Origin: Pseudomonadota bacterium
Lineage (GTDB): Bacteria > Bdellovibrionota > FAC87 > UBA2466
NCBI GenBank assembly: GCA_043767805.1
Contig: JAYUGC010000122.1
Location: forward strand, 1 to 58,668
DNA: 58,668 nucleotides
Direction: 5' to 3'
Shown: one piece after another, positions 40,349-49,222 of the stretch
Numbering within the stretch: position 1 is the first letter of the stretch
Layout of the letters: every line of letters begins with the position of its first letter
Notes under the pieces: generated by a model
What the model was told of the DNA's origin: nothing
Databases searched by the model: none
What the model saw: only the letters and a program-made list of their open reading frames with translations
Made by a program: the position numbers and the translations under genes

Positions 40349-40537
40349 ATGGAATCAATCCGCCCGAATTTAGTCATGCTTCACGGAGGCAAAAGCTCAA
40401 AGCCCGAGCTCGAAGGCCCCGTCACTCGCCTTGGTCTGGGAGACCGCCTCGGCCACGTTACCCCCCGTATGTGGGTATGGATCGGCATAGCGAAACTCGC
40501 GGTCCTAGCGTCCCTGTTTTACGTGGCTTTCGGCTAA
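40349..40537 (+). CDS. Small protein with C-terminal TM helix
   Basis: GAGGAG RBS, ATG and hydrophobic C-terminus; 3' end overlaps the purN end. Confidence 0.5.
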   Translation: MESIRPNLVMLHGGKSSKPELEGPVTRLGLGDRLGHVTPRMWVWIGIAKLAVLASLFYVAFG

Positions 40538-41104
40538 TTTTCGCAGGGCTCGCACGTAGGTGGCGTGCTCCACCGGCAGCAGCCGGGCGGCGAGCGTTTC
40601 TGGCGTATCGTCCGGCAAAATGGGGACTTCCCCTTTGGCGAGAGACGGTCCGGCGTCCACTTCTTCCGTCACCCAGTGCACCGTACAACCTGTCTTTGAA
40701 GCTCCGGCGTCGAGCGCCTGTTTCTGCGGGCGTAAGCCAGGAAACTTAGGCAATAGGGAAGGATGGATGTTGATGAGCTTTCCCTCCCACTTTTCCACGA
40801 AGGTCTCTCCCAAAATCAGCATGTAACCCGCGAGACACACGTAATCGGGATCGAGCGCTTCGAGCTGCCGGCTCAGTTCCATTTCGTAAGCCGTGCGATC
40901 GAACTTTCCCTCACGCCGATACGCCGCTGAGTCCACGATCACCGTCGGTATCTCGCGCGTGCGAGCGAGATGTAGGGCGCCCGCCGTCGGCTTATTGGTG
41001 ACGAGTGCCAATACTTTCGTCGAAGGAATCGCCCCGCGAGCCACGGCGTCCGCGATGGCCGCGAAGTTGGATCCTCTTCCAGACGCTAAGACGACGAGCT
41101 TCAT
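40505..41104 (-). CDS. purN: Phosphoribosylglycinamide formyltransferase
   Basis: LASGRGSN, LAGYM.IL, INIHPSLLP and GCTVH.V..EVDAGP. Confidence 0.96.
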   Translation of the reverse strand: MKLVVLASGRGSNFAAIADAVARGAIPSTKVLALVTNKPTAGALHLARTREIPTVIVDSAAYRREGKFDRTAYEMELSRQLEALDPDYVCLAGYMLILGETFVEKWEGKLINIHPSLLPKFPGLRPQKQALDAGASKTGCTVHWVTEEVDAGPSLAKGEVPILPDDTPETLAARLLPVEHATYVRALRKLAESHVKQGR

Positions 41105-42144
41105 TTCCAGAGAACTTCGGCGGCGCCCGTGCCCGAGCCGGGTTCGAGATGGCCGATCTCCCAGCATTTCAAACCTTGCGATTCGATGTGCGAGCGAACG
41201 GCGGAAACTTCCTCGGGAGCGACGGCCGCGATGAGCCCGATCCCTGAGTTCAAAGTACAAAGCATGTCGTGGGTCTCGATCTTGGCCGTTTTCTGCAGCC
41301 ACTGAAAGAGCGGCGGGATTTCCCACTTCTTGCTATCGACGACGGCGCGGCTTCCTTTGGGAAGAACGCGCGGCAAATTTTCGTACAAGCCGCCGCCCGT
41401 GATGTGGGCGAGGGCGTGCAGTTTCGGCAAAATGCCCTTTACGTGCTTGTAATAAATCGTCGTGGGTTTGAGTAAAACTTCTCTCCACGTGCCGCCGCCG
41501 AAGGGCGCCTGAGCGTCGGGATTGAGTTTCTCTTGCTCGACGAGCTTTCTCACCAAAGAGTAGCCGTTAGAGTGGAGACCCGAGGAGGCGAGGCCTAAAA
41601 GTTTATCGCCGGGCTGCGCGCGGTGAGCCCCGAGCATTTTGCTTTTTTCGACGACTCCGACGGAGAACCCGGCGAGATCGAAATCTTCGCCGTGGTACAT
41701 GCCGGGCATCTCGGCGGTCTCGCCGCCGGTAAGCGTGCACTCGGCGAGCTCACAGCCGTGCTGAATGCTTTTCAAAAGGGTCAGGAGCTGATCTTCTTTC
41801 AGCGCGCCGCACGCGTAGTAATCGAGAAAAACGAGCGGCTCCGCGCCGACGCAAAGCAGATCGTTCACGTTCATGGCGACCAGGTCTTCGCCGAGGGTAT
41901 CGAGCTTGCCCCATTCGAGAGCGAGCTTCACTTTGGTCCCAACGCCGTCACAGCAGGTAACGAGGTAGGGCGATTCGTATCGTTTCAAAACGGCGCCAAG
42001 GTCGTAACAGGCCGCGAAGCCTCCGATGCCGGAGACGACGTTCGCGTCCCGGGGGCGGGTCTTTTGGTAAGTTCCGAAGTCGCCGAGGATGCGCGCCGCT
42101 TTTTCGGTGTCGACGCCCGCTTTCTTGTAGGTAAGCGAGTCCAT
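41101..42144 (-). CDS. purM: Phosphoribosylformylglycinamidine cyclo-ligase (AIR synthase)
   Basis: YKKAGVD, DGVGTK, GGETAEMPG, SSGLHSNGYSL and HITGGG. Confidence 0.97.
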   Translation of the reverse strand: MDSLTYKKAGVDTEKAARILGDFGTYQKTRPRDANVVSGIGGFAACYDLGAVLKRYESPYLVTCCDGVGTKVKLALEWGKLDTLGEDLVAMNVNDLLCVGAEPLVFLDYYACGALKEDQLLTLLKSIQHGCELAECTLTGGETAEMPGMYHGEDFDLAGFSVGVVEKSKMLGAHRAQPGDKLLGLASSGLHSNGYSLVRKLVEQEKLNPDAQAPFGGGTWREVLLKPTTIYYKHVKGILPKLHALAHITGGGLYENLPRVLPKGSRAVVDSKKWEIPPLFQWLQKTAKIETHDMLCTLNSGIGLIAAVAPEEVSAVRSHIESQGLKCWEIGHLEPGSGTGAAEVLWK

Positions 42145-42145
42145 C

Positions 42146-42541
42146 TTACGAACCCTTCTTACGTTGCAGCTCTTTGGGCGTAATGCAGGTGCCTTTGGCC
42201 GTCGCGACCACGATGGGGGTGCTGAGCACCTGAGCCGCCGTGGGACCGATTTCGGGCTGGGCGGCGATGACCTTCTTGACCGTGAAACTCATGGCTCGGG
42301 AGGAGTTGCCCACTTTCGTGATGGTGGCTTCCGCCTCGAGGTAGTCGCCCGCGTAAACCGGGGCCAGGAAGTCGACTTGTTCGTAGGCTCGGAAGAGCCC
42401 TTCATCCCCATCCAGCTTGATGAGAAGCTCGGTCGCCAGGTCGCCGAAGAGCTCCATGAGGCGGGCTCCGGAAACCAGGTTCCCTCCGTAGTGCGCGTCG
42501 GCTTGGGACATCCTGAGTCTGAGGGTCGCGGTTGTAGCCAA
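42146..42541 (-). CDS. kal: 3-aminobutyryl-CoA ammonia-lyase (hotdog fold)
   Basis: [34 protein letters not shown] and FLAPVYAGD. Confidence 0.85.
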   Translation of the reverse strand: MATTATLRLRMSQADAHYGGNLVSGARLMELFGDLATELLIKLDGDEGLFRAYEQVDFLAPVYAGDYLEAEATITKVGNSSRAMSFTVKKVIAAQPEIGPTAAQVLSTPIVVATAKGTCITPKELQRKKGS

Positions 42542-42613
42542 AGGGCCTCCTCTGGGGGTGTCGGAATGAGCCTAGGCATACCCGAATCATGGGGAAAAAC
42601 CAATACTTTACTC

Positions 42614-42642
42614 TTGACGCTGCTGACCGGTCTGCATATGGT
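42614..42642 (+). promoter_or_regulatory. Sigma70-like promoter of rplS
   Basis: TTGACG-N17-TATGGT, ~20 bp before the GTG start. Confidence 0.55.
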
Positions 42643-42663
42643 GTGCGCCTCTGGAGAAGTAAC

Positions 42664-43161
42664 GTGCAGAACGCCATTATCAATAAAATCAGTCAGTCCA
42701 CGATGAAGAAACGTCCGCGGTTTTCCGTGGGCGACCGGGTCAGTGTTTCCGTCCGCCTCAAAGAAGGCGACAAGGAACGTGTTCAGATTTTCCGCGGAAT
42801 CGTCATTAAGAAGGCTCCGAAAAGCGGTAATCACCCGGGTGCGACGTTCACCGTCCGCAAGATTTCTTCCGGCGTAGGCGTCGAGCGCGTGTTTCCTCTC
42901 CATGCTCCTTCGATCGAAAAGATCGCGGTAGAAAGCTCCGCGACGGTTCGCCGGTCGCGCCTCTATTACCTCCGTGACCTCACGGGTAAGAAGGCTCGCT
43001 TGAAAGAATCCAAGGGCTTTGAAGATCTCGTCGCCGAGGGAACTCCCGCTGCCGAGCTCGAAGCTTCGGTCGCCGAAGGCGCCTCCACAGTTGAAGCAAA
43101 CATCACGGATAAAGCAGCAAAAGACGTTGGAGCCACTAAACCGGAAAAGAAAGAGTCCTGA
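42664..43161 (+). CDS. rplS: 50S ribosomal protein L19 with an Ala/Glu-rich C-terminal extension
   Basis: [28 protein letters not shown] and [16 protein letters not shown]. Confidence 0.96.
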   Translation: MQNAIINKISQSTMKKRPRFSVGDRVSVSVRLKEGDKERVQIFRGIVIKKAPKSGNHPGATFTVRKISSGVGVERVFPLHAPSIEKIAVESSATVRRSRLYYLRDLTGKKARLKESKGFEDLVAEGTPAAELEASVAEGASTVEANITDKAAKDVGATKPEKKES

Positions 43162-43759
43162 TCTTCCGACCAGGGCTTTTGAATCCGAGTTAAATTCAAA
43201 AGGCTATCGCCTTATTGCCGGCGTGGATGAAGTGGGACGCGGATGTCTCGCGGGTCCGGTCGTCGCTTGCGCGGTCATCCTTCCCGAGTCGGGTTATCCC
43301 GACGGCTTGAATGATTCCAAAAAACTCACGGCCGCGAAACGCGAGTCCTTGAGTGAGCTCATTCGCGCGTGCGCGGTTTCCTGGGCGATTGGCATCGGCA
43401 CGGTGGAAGAGATCGACACGGTCAATATTCTCCAGGCGAATCTTCTCGCCATGAACCGCGCGGTGGCGGCTCTTTCTCCCGCGCCCGATGCGCTTTTGGT
43501 GGATGGCCGCGATCGCATCAAGACTTCGATACTCCAGAAATCGGTCATAGGCGGAGACGCTTTGTCGGTCTCCATCGCGGCGGCGAGCATCGTCGCGAAG
43601 GTCTACCGAGACCGGCTCATGGCGGATTTCGACAACCTCTACCCTGGTTACGGCTTTGCAGGGCACAAGGGCTATGGAAGTACCACCCATCGCCAAGCCA
43701 TGCAGACCCTCGGGGTCACGCCTCTCCATCGAAAAAGCTTCAGCTGGACGCCGGTTTGA
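43127..43759 (+). CDS. rnhB: Ribonuclease HII
   Basis: [32 protein letters not shown] and HKGYG; start uncertain. Confidence 0.95.
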   Translation: MEPLNRKRKSPDLPTRAFESELNSKGYRLIAGVDEVGRGCLAGPVVACAVILPESGYPDGLNDSKKLTAAKRESLSELIRACAVSWAIGIGTVEEIDTVNILQANLLAMNRAVAALSPAPDALLVDGRDRIKTSILQKSVIGGDALSVSIAAASIVAKVYRDRLMADFDNLYPGYGFAGHKGYGSTTHRQAMQTLGVTPLHRKSFSWTPV

Positions 43760-44102
43760 AAAGATAGCCCGGGCGTACGTGCGGCGGTCGGGGTTGAAGG
43801 TCCGCGCCGTGAACTGGCGATTGCCCTTCGGGGAGATAGATATTCTGGCGGAAGGCTGCCGAGGCCTCGTGGTGGTCGAAGTCCGGGGAAGAACCGGGAA
43901 GAACTGGAAGCCCGTGGACGCGCTCTCGGTAGCTAAACGAAGGCGCTTGGCGCGGTTAGCCGCCTGGCTTCAGGCGCGACGGCGCGTACCCGTGGGCGTC
44001 GTTTTCTTGAGTATCGTGGGCAGGCCACCGCCTTTGCCGGCTTGGGTGGTCTGCCGGTGGCCTAAGTGGTTTGGGCTCGAAATCCGGGATTACGCGCTCT
44101 AG
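43656..44102 (+). CDS. YraN/UPF0102-family protein
   Basis: G..FE..A, NWR..FGEIDI and VVVEVR.R; follows rnhB; true start probably further downstream. Confidence 0.75.
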   Translation: MQGTRAMEVPPIAKPCRPSGSRLSIEKASAGRRFEKIARAYVRRSGLKVRAVNWRLPFGEIDILAEGCRGLVVVEVRGRTGKNWKPVDALSVAKRRRLARLAAWLQARRRVPVGVVFLSIVGRPPPLPAWVVCRWPKWFGLEIRDYAL

Positions 44103-44497
44103 ACGTCGACGGATTTTTTCGGGCGCGCGATTTTCTTCGGGGGAGGGGCGTCAAACGCGGCCGCCGCTTCCGGGTAGTTTTCGAAGATGTCGAAAGGGTT
44201 ACGAGCCGGCTGGTAGGCGCGGAAGATGCGCACGAACTCGGTCGAAAGGCTGCAAAGCTTGGGCTTACGCTTGACGAACTTGGGGCTGTTGAAATCCTTC
44301 ATGATCCGGATGAAATGGTTGATTCCCGAAGAGCCCACGAACTTCAGCTTCTCCATGTTGAAGACGACCTTTTGCGATTCATTCTTTTGCATCAGTGCGG
44401 TACAAGTCTGCTGGAATTGCAGGGTCGTCTCGAAGTCGAGCTGTCCTTCTAATTCGAGAACAAGCACTTCGCCTTCGTTTTTGGCTCGGAGAATCAT
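44099..44497 (-). CDS. STAS-domain anti-sigma-factor antagonist
   Basis: LEGQLD and VVFNMEKLKFVGSSGI. Confidence 0.85.
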   Translation of the reverse strand: MILRAKNEGEVLVLELEGQLDFETTLQFQQTCTALMQKNESQKVVFNMEKLKFVGSSGINHFIRIMKDFNSPKFVKRKPKLCSLSTEFVRIFRAYQPARNPFDIFENYPEAAAAFDAPPPKKIARPKKSVDV

Positions 44498-44542
44498 AAA
44501 GCTCCCAGGTGGAATTTCGGTGGTTCGGGGTTATTAGGAAAA

Positions 44543-45379
44543 ATGGGCGAGAAGACTTCTAAATTATACCTGATCGGAACGCCTCTCGGTAATCTTCAGG
44601 ACGTGACGCTTCGAGCTGTGGAAATGCTCAAACTTTTGCCCGTGCTTTTCGCCGAAGACACGAGGGAGCTCGCGAAACTTCTCGATTTGGTAGGCGTCGG
44701 GTCCGCGGGTAAGGAGATGCACTCCTATGCGAAGCACAACCTGAAACCCGCGACGGACAAGGCTTTGCGGATGTTGAACGAGGGAAGAGACTTGGGGTTC
44801 GTGAGCGATCGCGGAATGCCGGGCATTTCCGACCCCGGCGCGTTTCTAGTCGCGCGCGCGCGGGAGGCCGGTCATCTCGTGATTCCCGTTCCTGGCCCGT
44901 CGGCGCCGACGACTTTGCTTCCGGTCTCCGGCTTTGATGCCGATCGGTTCGTGTTCTTGGGTTTCTTGCCCGACAAGAAAGCGGAGCGCGATCGGTTACT
45001 GGACGGCGCTCAAAATCTCGGGCTTACCATCGCTTTTTTCGAGTCACCTCGCCGCGCGAGAGAGCTCTTTGCGGAACTGAAAGTAAAGTTTCCTCGCGGC
45101 CGCATCTGCATCGGCCGGGAAATGACGAAGTTGCACGAGTCTTTTACCTACTCGGAGCTTGCGACCTTAGATCCGGAAACCATCACCGAGCTCGGTGAGT
45201 TCACGGTCGCCATCGATCCGGGACCCGCGGAAACCGTGACGAGCGAAGCGTGGGAAGAGGAAGTCCGTATCCGCACGCTCTCGGAAAAAGACTGGGCGAA
45301 AGCGGTTGCCGTGAAATTTGGCGTAACTTCGAAAGACGTCTACAACTCGCTTCAGAAAAAAAAGAGCGATCCCGCTTAG
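44543..45379 (+). CDS. rsmI: 16S rRNA C1402 2'-O-methyltransferase
   Basis: LYLIGTPLGNLQD.TLRA, AEDTR, SD.GMPGISDPG, FFESP.R and REMTKLHE. Confidence 0.94.
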   Translation: MGEKTSKLYLIGTPLGNLQDVTLRAVEMLKLLPVLFAEDTRELAKLLDLVGVGSAGKEMHSYAKHNLKPATDKALRMLNEGRDLGFVSDRGMPGISDPGAFLVARAREAGHLVIPVPGPSAPTTLLPVSGFDADRFVFLGFLPDKKAERDRLLDGAQNLGLTIAFFESPRRARELFAELKVKFPRGRICIGREMTKLHESFTYSELATLDPETITELGEFTVAIDPGPAETVTSEAWEEEVRIRTLSEKDWAKAVAVKFGVTSKDVYNSLQKKKSDPA

Positions 45380-45834
45380 GGCCCGGCTTTGCGAAAGCGA
45401 AATTCGGCGGGCGAAGGCAAGCCTTGAGTGAGGCACTCGAGTCCCGTCTGGGACGAAATCGTCAGCTTCTTTTTTTCAATCTTGTAGAGATAGGTCACTT
45501 GTATTTTGGGAAGCGAAGCCTCGCATAAATTCGGGACGCAATTTTTCGGTTCGCATTTCGGTTTTCCCGAAAGGCTTCCTTTGAGCTTTCCGGGCTCGCC
45601 GAGCTCGGTGTCATAGCTGAGCGTGTAGAGGCATTTCTTCGATCGCCATTCGGAAACGGCTTTGTTCTTTTCGAAACGAAACACGATGGAGTTTGGCTTG
45701 GTGTAACTCTGCGACACTTTCTTCGGCACGGGCTTTCCACCGCAGTACATGCCCTCCACGTTCCAGCTACCCTCCAGCGAGGGCGCGGCGAGCGCGGGGA
45801 GGGACATCAGGACTGATATGGCAAGGCAACGCAT
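45376..45834 (-). CDS. Hypothetical secreted, Cys-containing lipocalin-like protein
   Basis: Signal peptide, LEGSW motif and several Cys. Confidence 0.6.
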   Translation of the reverse strand: MRCLAISVLMSLPALAAPSLEGSWNVEGMYCGGKPVPKKVSQSYTKPNSIVFRFEKNKAVSEWRSKKCLYTLSYDTELGEPGKLKGSLSGKPKCEPKNCVPNLCEASLPKIQVTYLYKIEKKKLTISSQTGLECLTQGLPSPAEFRFRKAGP

Positions 45835-45906
45835 CGGGTAGATAATGCCTGGAGGGGGCCCTGGCCGAAAGTGAAGAAATCTCCACAATCGACCGAAGAG
45901 TCTATT

Positions 45907-46311
45907 GTGAAGCTCAAATTCATGGTCATTCTAGGTGTCTTGGTCGCGGCGCCCGTTTTCGGGGCAACGCAAGGTGTTATAATTCAAGTAGCTAGACGGT
46001 TGGCGATGCAGGCTAATGAGCCGACGCCGCCGAAAGAGTTCTTTATCGATATGGGTGCCCGCGACGGAGTGCGGGAAGGGGACGTTTTAGAGGTCTCCCG
46101 AAGCATTCCCGTGGTGGAAGCCCAAACAGCCGGAAGCTTTCACATGATGAAAGTCGTGCTGGGCGAAGTGAAGGTGACTCTCGTGGGCGAGACAAGCGCC
46201 CTCACTCGGGTGGAAAGATTACGGCCCCCGGCCGACCTTCCTCCGATGGAGTTCTTCTCTTTCGTGCTGGGAGACCAAGTCGAACTGAAGTCGGGTTTGC
46301 CTTTTCAGTGA
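45907..46311 (+). CDS. Hypothetical exported protein (FlgT-C-like beta domain)
   Basis: Signal peptide; FIDMGARDGVREGD.LEV.R...LGEVKV. Confidence 0.6.
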   Translation: MKLKFMVILGVLVAAPVFGATQGVIIQVARRLAMQANEPTPPKEFFIDMGARDGVREGDVLEVSRSIPVVEAQTAGSFHMMKVVLGEVKVTLVGETSALTRVERLRPPADLPPMEFFSFVLGDQVELKSGLPFQ

Positions 46312-46339
46312 CTGGTTTCCTAAAATACAGGAGCCACCG

Positions 46340-46870
46340 ATGGAAACCTGCTTACTGCTAAATGCTGGTTTTGAGCCGCTCCGTGTCGTCGATTGGAGAC
46401 GCGCCTTCTGCCTGGTGTTTCAGGGCAAGGTTGAGATCCTGGAAGAGCACTCCACGCTGGTCCGCTCGGTCTCGCAGCAGTTTCGGCTACCCGCCGTCAT
46501 CCGGCTTCGGACTTGGGTGAATCTCAAGCGCCGCCCGCCCATCATCCGTTTCTCCCGCACCAATATTTATTTGCGCGACGATTTCATGTGCCAGTACTGC
46601 GCCAAACGTTTTCCGGAGCGTCAGCTGACGCTCGATCACGTGGTGCCGGTGGTCCGAGGCGGGAAAAAGAATTGGGAGAACATCGTCACGGCTTGCATGC
46701 CTTGCAATCAGAAGAAGGGCGACAGCAAGCCCGAAGAGGCAGGGCAGAAACTTCTCCGCGTTCCCAAGGCGCCCAAGTGGCTACCCGGAAAATTGGGAAT
46801 AAACCGCCAGCGCGCCATGCCCAAGGTGTGGGAGCGCTACCTCTCTAACTTATCCTTCGAGTTGTTCTAG
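46340..46870 (+). CDS. HNH endonuclease
   Basis: LLLNA..EPL, RDDFMCQYC, LTLDHVVP..RGG and WENIVTAC..CN..KG. Confidence 0.92.
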   Translation: METCLLLNAGFEPLRVVDWRRAFCLVFQGKVEILEEHSTLVRSVSQQFRLPAVIRLRTWVNLKRRPPIIRFSRTNIYLRDDFMCQYCAKRFPERQLTLDHVVPVVRGGKKNWENIVTACMPCNQKKGDSKPEEAGQKLLRVPKAPKWLPGKLGINRQRAMPKVWERYLSNLSFELF

Positions 46871-46881
46871 GCCTAAGCGGC

Positions 46882-47205
46882 TTAGACTCCGGCGAGCAAA
46901 GTCTTGATGCGATCTTTCGGTTGATTGCCGACAAGCTCGTTCACCTTCTTGCCATCCTTGAAGAGGATAAGGGTCGGGATGCCGCGGATGCCGAACTTCG
47001 AGGGGATGTCGCGGCACTCGTCGACGTTCACTTTCGCGAACTTCACTTTGCCGTGAAATTCCGTCGCGAGCTCGTCGAGAATCGGCGCAAGTGCGCGGCA
47101 GGGCATGCACCATTCGGCCCAGAAATCGACCAGGACGGCACCGGTGTTGTTTTCGACCTCGGAGCCGAAAGTGGCATCCGTTAAATGAAGCATGTTATCG
47201 CCCAT
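46882..47205 (-). CDS. trxA: Thioredoxin
   Basis: VLVDFWAEWCMPC and GIRGIPTLILFKDG; GGAGG RBS. Confidence 0.93.
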   Translation of the reverse strand: MGDNMLHLTDATFGSEVENNTGAVLVDFWAEWCMPCRALAPILDELATEFHGKVKFAKVNVDECRDIPSKFGIRGIPTLILFKDGKKVNELVGNQPKDRIKTLLAGV

Positions 47206-47392
47206 GTGAGTCCTCCGAAGCTGCAATCCAACAAGTCCCTCATCTTATTGAGACGACGGGCCTTATCGCAAGTATTTTCCTGTAGGGCTTTTCAAAACCC
47301 GAACGTTCCCCTATAGTCTGGCTCTTCTTTGACGCGGGTCAAGCTCCCGTGGAATAAAGATAGGGCTTTCATAGTCTTACTACCCCTGATGA

Positions 47393-47411
47393 GGGTCTGT
47401 AGCTCAGTTGG
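47393..47411 (+). repeat. Exact 19-bp copy of the tRNA-Val 5' end
   Basis: GGGTCTGTAGCTCAGTTGG at 47393 and 47505. Confidence 0.9.
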
Positions 47412-47504
47412 CCCGCCGCTCGCGAAGGCGAGTGGCAAGTGTAAAAGTCGCAAGCGCGATAAGTAACACTGAGGACGATGAGAGGGCAGTGCCGACGAAT
47501 AAAT

Positions 47505-47581
47505 GGGTCTGTAGCTCAGTTGGTTAGAGCGCTACGTTGACATCGTAGAGGTCCGCGGTTCGACCCCGCGCAGACCCACCA
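47505..47581 (+). tRNA. tRNA-Val (GAC)
   Basis: GGGTCTG/CAGACCC acceptor stem, D-arm, CTACG-TTGACAT-CGTAG anticodon arm, GGTTCGA T-loop and encoded CCA. Confidence 0.97.
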
Positions 47582-49079
47582 CTTTTAGGCACTCACAACT
47601 CGCGTCCTCCGCCCTGTAGCCGGTCAGGCTCAAAGGGTCTCTCAAAACAAAATCAATTTTTCGGTACCCGGCTCCATCGGTGTCGCCGACCACGATTGAA
47701 TCGAAAAGTCTCGAATAAAGCCCCCTCAGCGCGATGGGGTCCATTTCTTTAGCCTTTCTCTGGGCTTGCGAAGCTAACTCCACGTGGGTTGCCTGTTCCC
47801 TAGATGATTCATGGATTTTCGCGATCCGTTCGTCGAAGTACTCTAGTTTGAGTTTAAGTCCTGCAATTTCAGAATTAATGGAAGAGGTTCTTGACCGATA
47901 CTCACCTCGAAACTGTCTTGCCGCCTCTGCATCCGCACCATCCAAAAGAAAATCAAGCCGTCTATTCAATTTTTCCCGTTCCTTTTCAAGCTCTGCGACA
48001 CAACTTTCGACCTGTTCACGCTGGCTCTTATGGGTCGCCAAAGCCTCATTGTTCGCATCGATTCTTCGTGCCAACGCTTCTTGCACGGGTCCGGAGGTTT
48101 CGACGATGGAGTCAACGATAGCTCTTGCTTGATCCTCAAGACTTTCCGCCCCCAAGCGGATGCGCTTTTCTTTGTTCCAGTAGTAAAGATGCTTCTGGCC
48201 AGTAATACTTGACCAAGCTCCCGAACCCCAGAAAGTTGACTCGTCCTCGGTGCGTAGAAGGGAAGACAGCGGGTAGATTCGACGGGCAGCCTTATCTACC
48301 GTTTTATTTCCCGCGACCTCAATTACCGCCTGCTGCACTTTATTCCATAGATCGAGGTCGACCGCCTGCCCGTGGGGGAGCGCTATCTCCATGTAGCGGC
48401 CATAGGGCATAAGTTTATCTTGGTTCTTGTCCTTATTTTCCCGGTTTAAAACCCACTTCCCCATGTATCTTGCATTGGTCAGAAGATTTTTCACGGTCGC
48501 GGTGGTAAAGGGTTCGCCGTGCTTATTGCGTACCCCCCTCTTCTCGCAGCGTTCAAGAAGCCGTTCGTAGGACCGGCAGAGAAGAAATTCATTCATTATC
48601 CAAACGACCTGCTCTATTTCCGCTTCATTTATGGTGTAGAGCCCCACCTTCGGATCACCTTTCACCGTTAGCGGGTCGAGCCCTAAGAATTGCTGCGTTG
48701 TATTAAACTTCCCTGAATGGACCATTGCAGAGAAAATATTCTCTTTGAGCCGCTTCGACGTTTGATTCGACTCATATTCGGCGAAGGCCGCCATGATATC
48801 GAGCTGGAAGATCTGGCTCGGGTCATTGGGGTTGAAGGGAAAGCCCCGGATAAAAAGCTCACATTCCTTGTCGATGCAAAGCTTGAAAAATCGCTTCCAA
48901 ATGTCTGTCTCCCGGGCAATTCGGGCGAGCTCCTTAAAGATGATAAATCGATATTTTCCTTCCTGAATACCGTTTTGAAGTCTGATGAATTCGGGGCGCC
49001 TATCATGTTTCCCGGTGATTCCGGGCTCGATGTAGAATCTGACGATGCGGAAGTTGACCTTTTCGGTTTTTGACCGGAC
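47532..49079 (-). pseudogene. Large serine recombinase, 5'-truncated (catalytic N-terminus lost)
   Basis: Frame open upstream of the annotated ATG: FYIEPGITGKHDRRPEF, KELARIAR, AAFAEYES..TSKR, TVKNLLTNARYMG and a coiled coil; no start codon or YxRxS before the stop at 49113-49115. Confidence 0.85.
47575..47598 (+). repeat. att direct repeat, copy 1
   Basis: CCCACCACTTTTAGGCACTCACAA, identical to 53825-53848. Confidence 0.92.
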
Positions 49080-49222
49080 AGGACACTGACTGGGTTCTAA
49101 TTTTTTGATACTTCATTTTTAATTCCTCTTCTCCTTTCAAGGAGATATGGATTTTTGGTTCGACTGAAATCGACCACCCGGTGGTCGCTGGATGGTCGAT
49201 TTCATTCCTGCCGCTTTTGGAC

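Noticed and set aside
42664..45379. rplS-rnhB-yraN-rsmI cluster as unusual
   Set aside because: This is a familiar gene order; only the absence of trmD upstream differs.
46340..46870. HNH gene as part of the island or a defence system
   Set aside because: It lies on the core side of the tRNA with host-like sequence and resembles the common stand-alone HNH family.
46882..47205. WCMPC thioredoxin active site as a novelty
   Set aside because: Variation at this position is common and both Cys are intact.
47393..47504. Second tRNA or intron-containing tRNA
   Set aside because: Only 19 nt match, no cloverleaf follows, and the downstream tRNA is already complete.
49080..49116. Programmed frameshift rescuing the integrase from MKYQK at the A6 run
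   Set aside because: Even if shifted, the product would lack the catalytic YxRxS motif.
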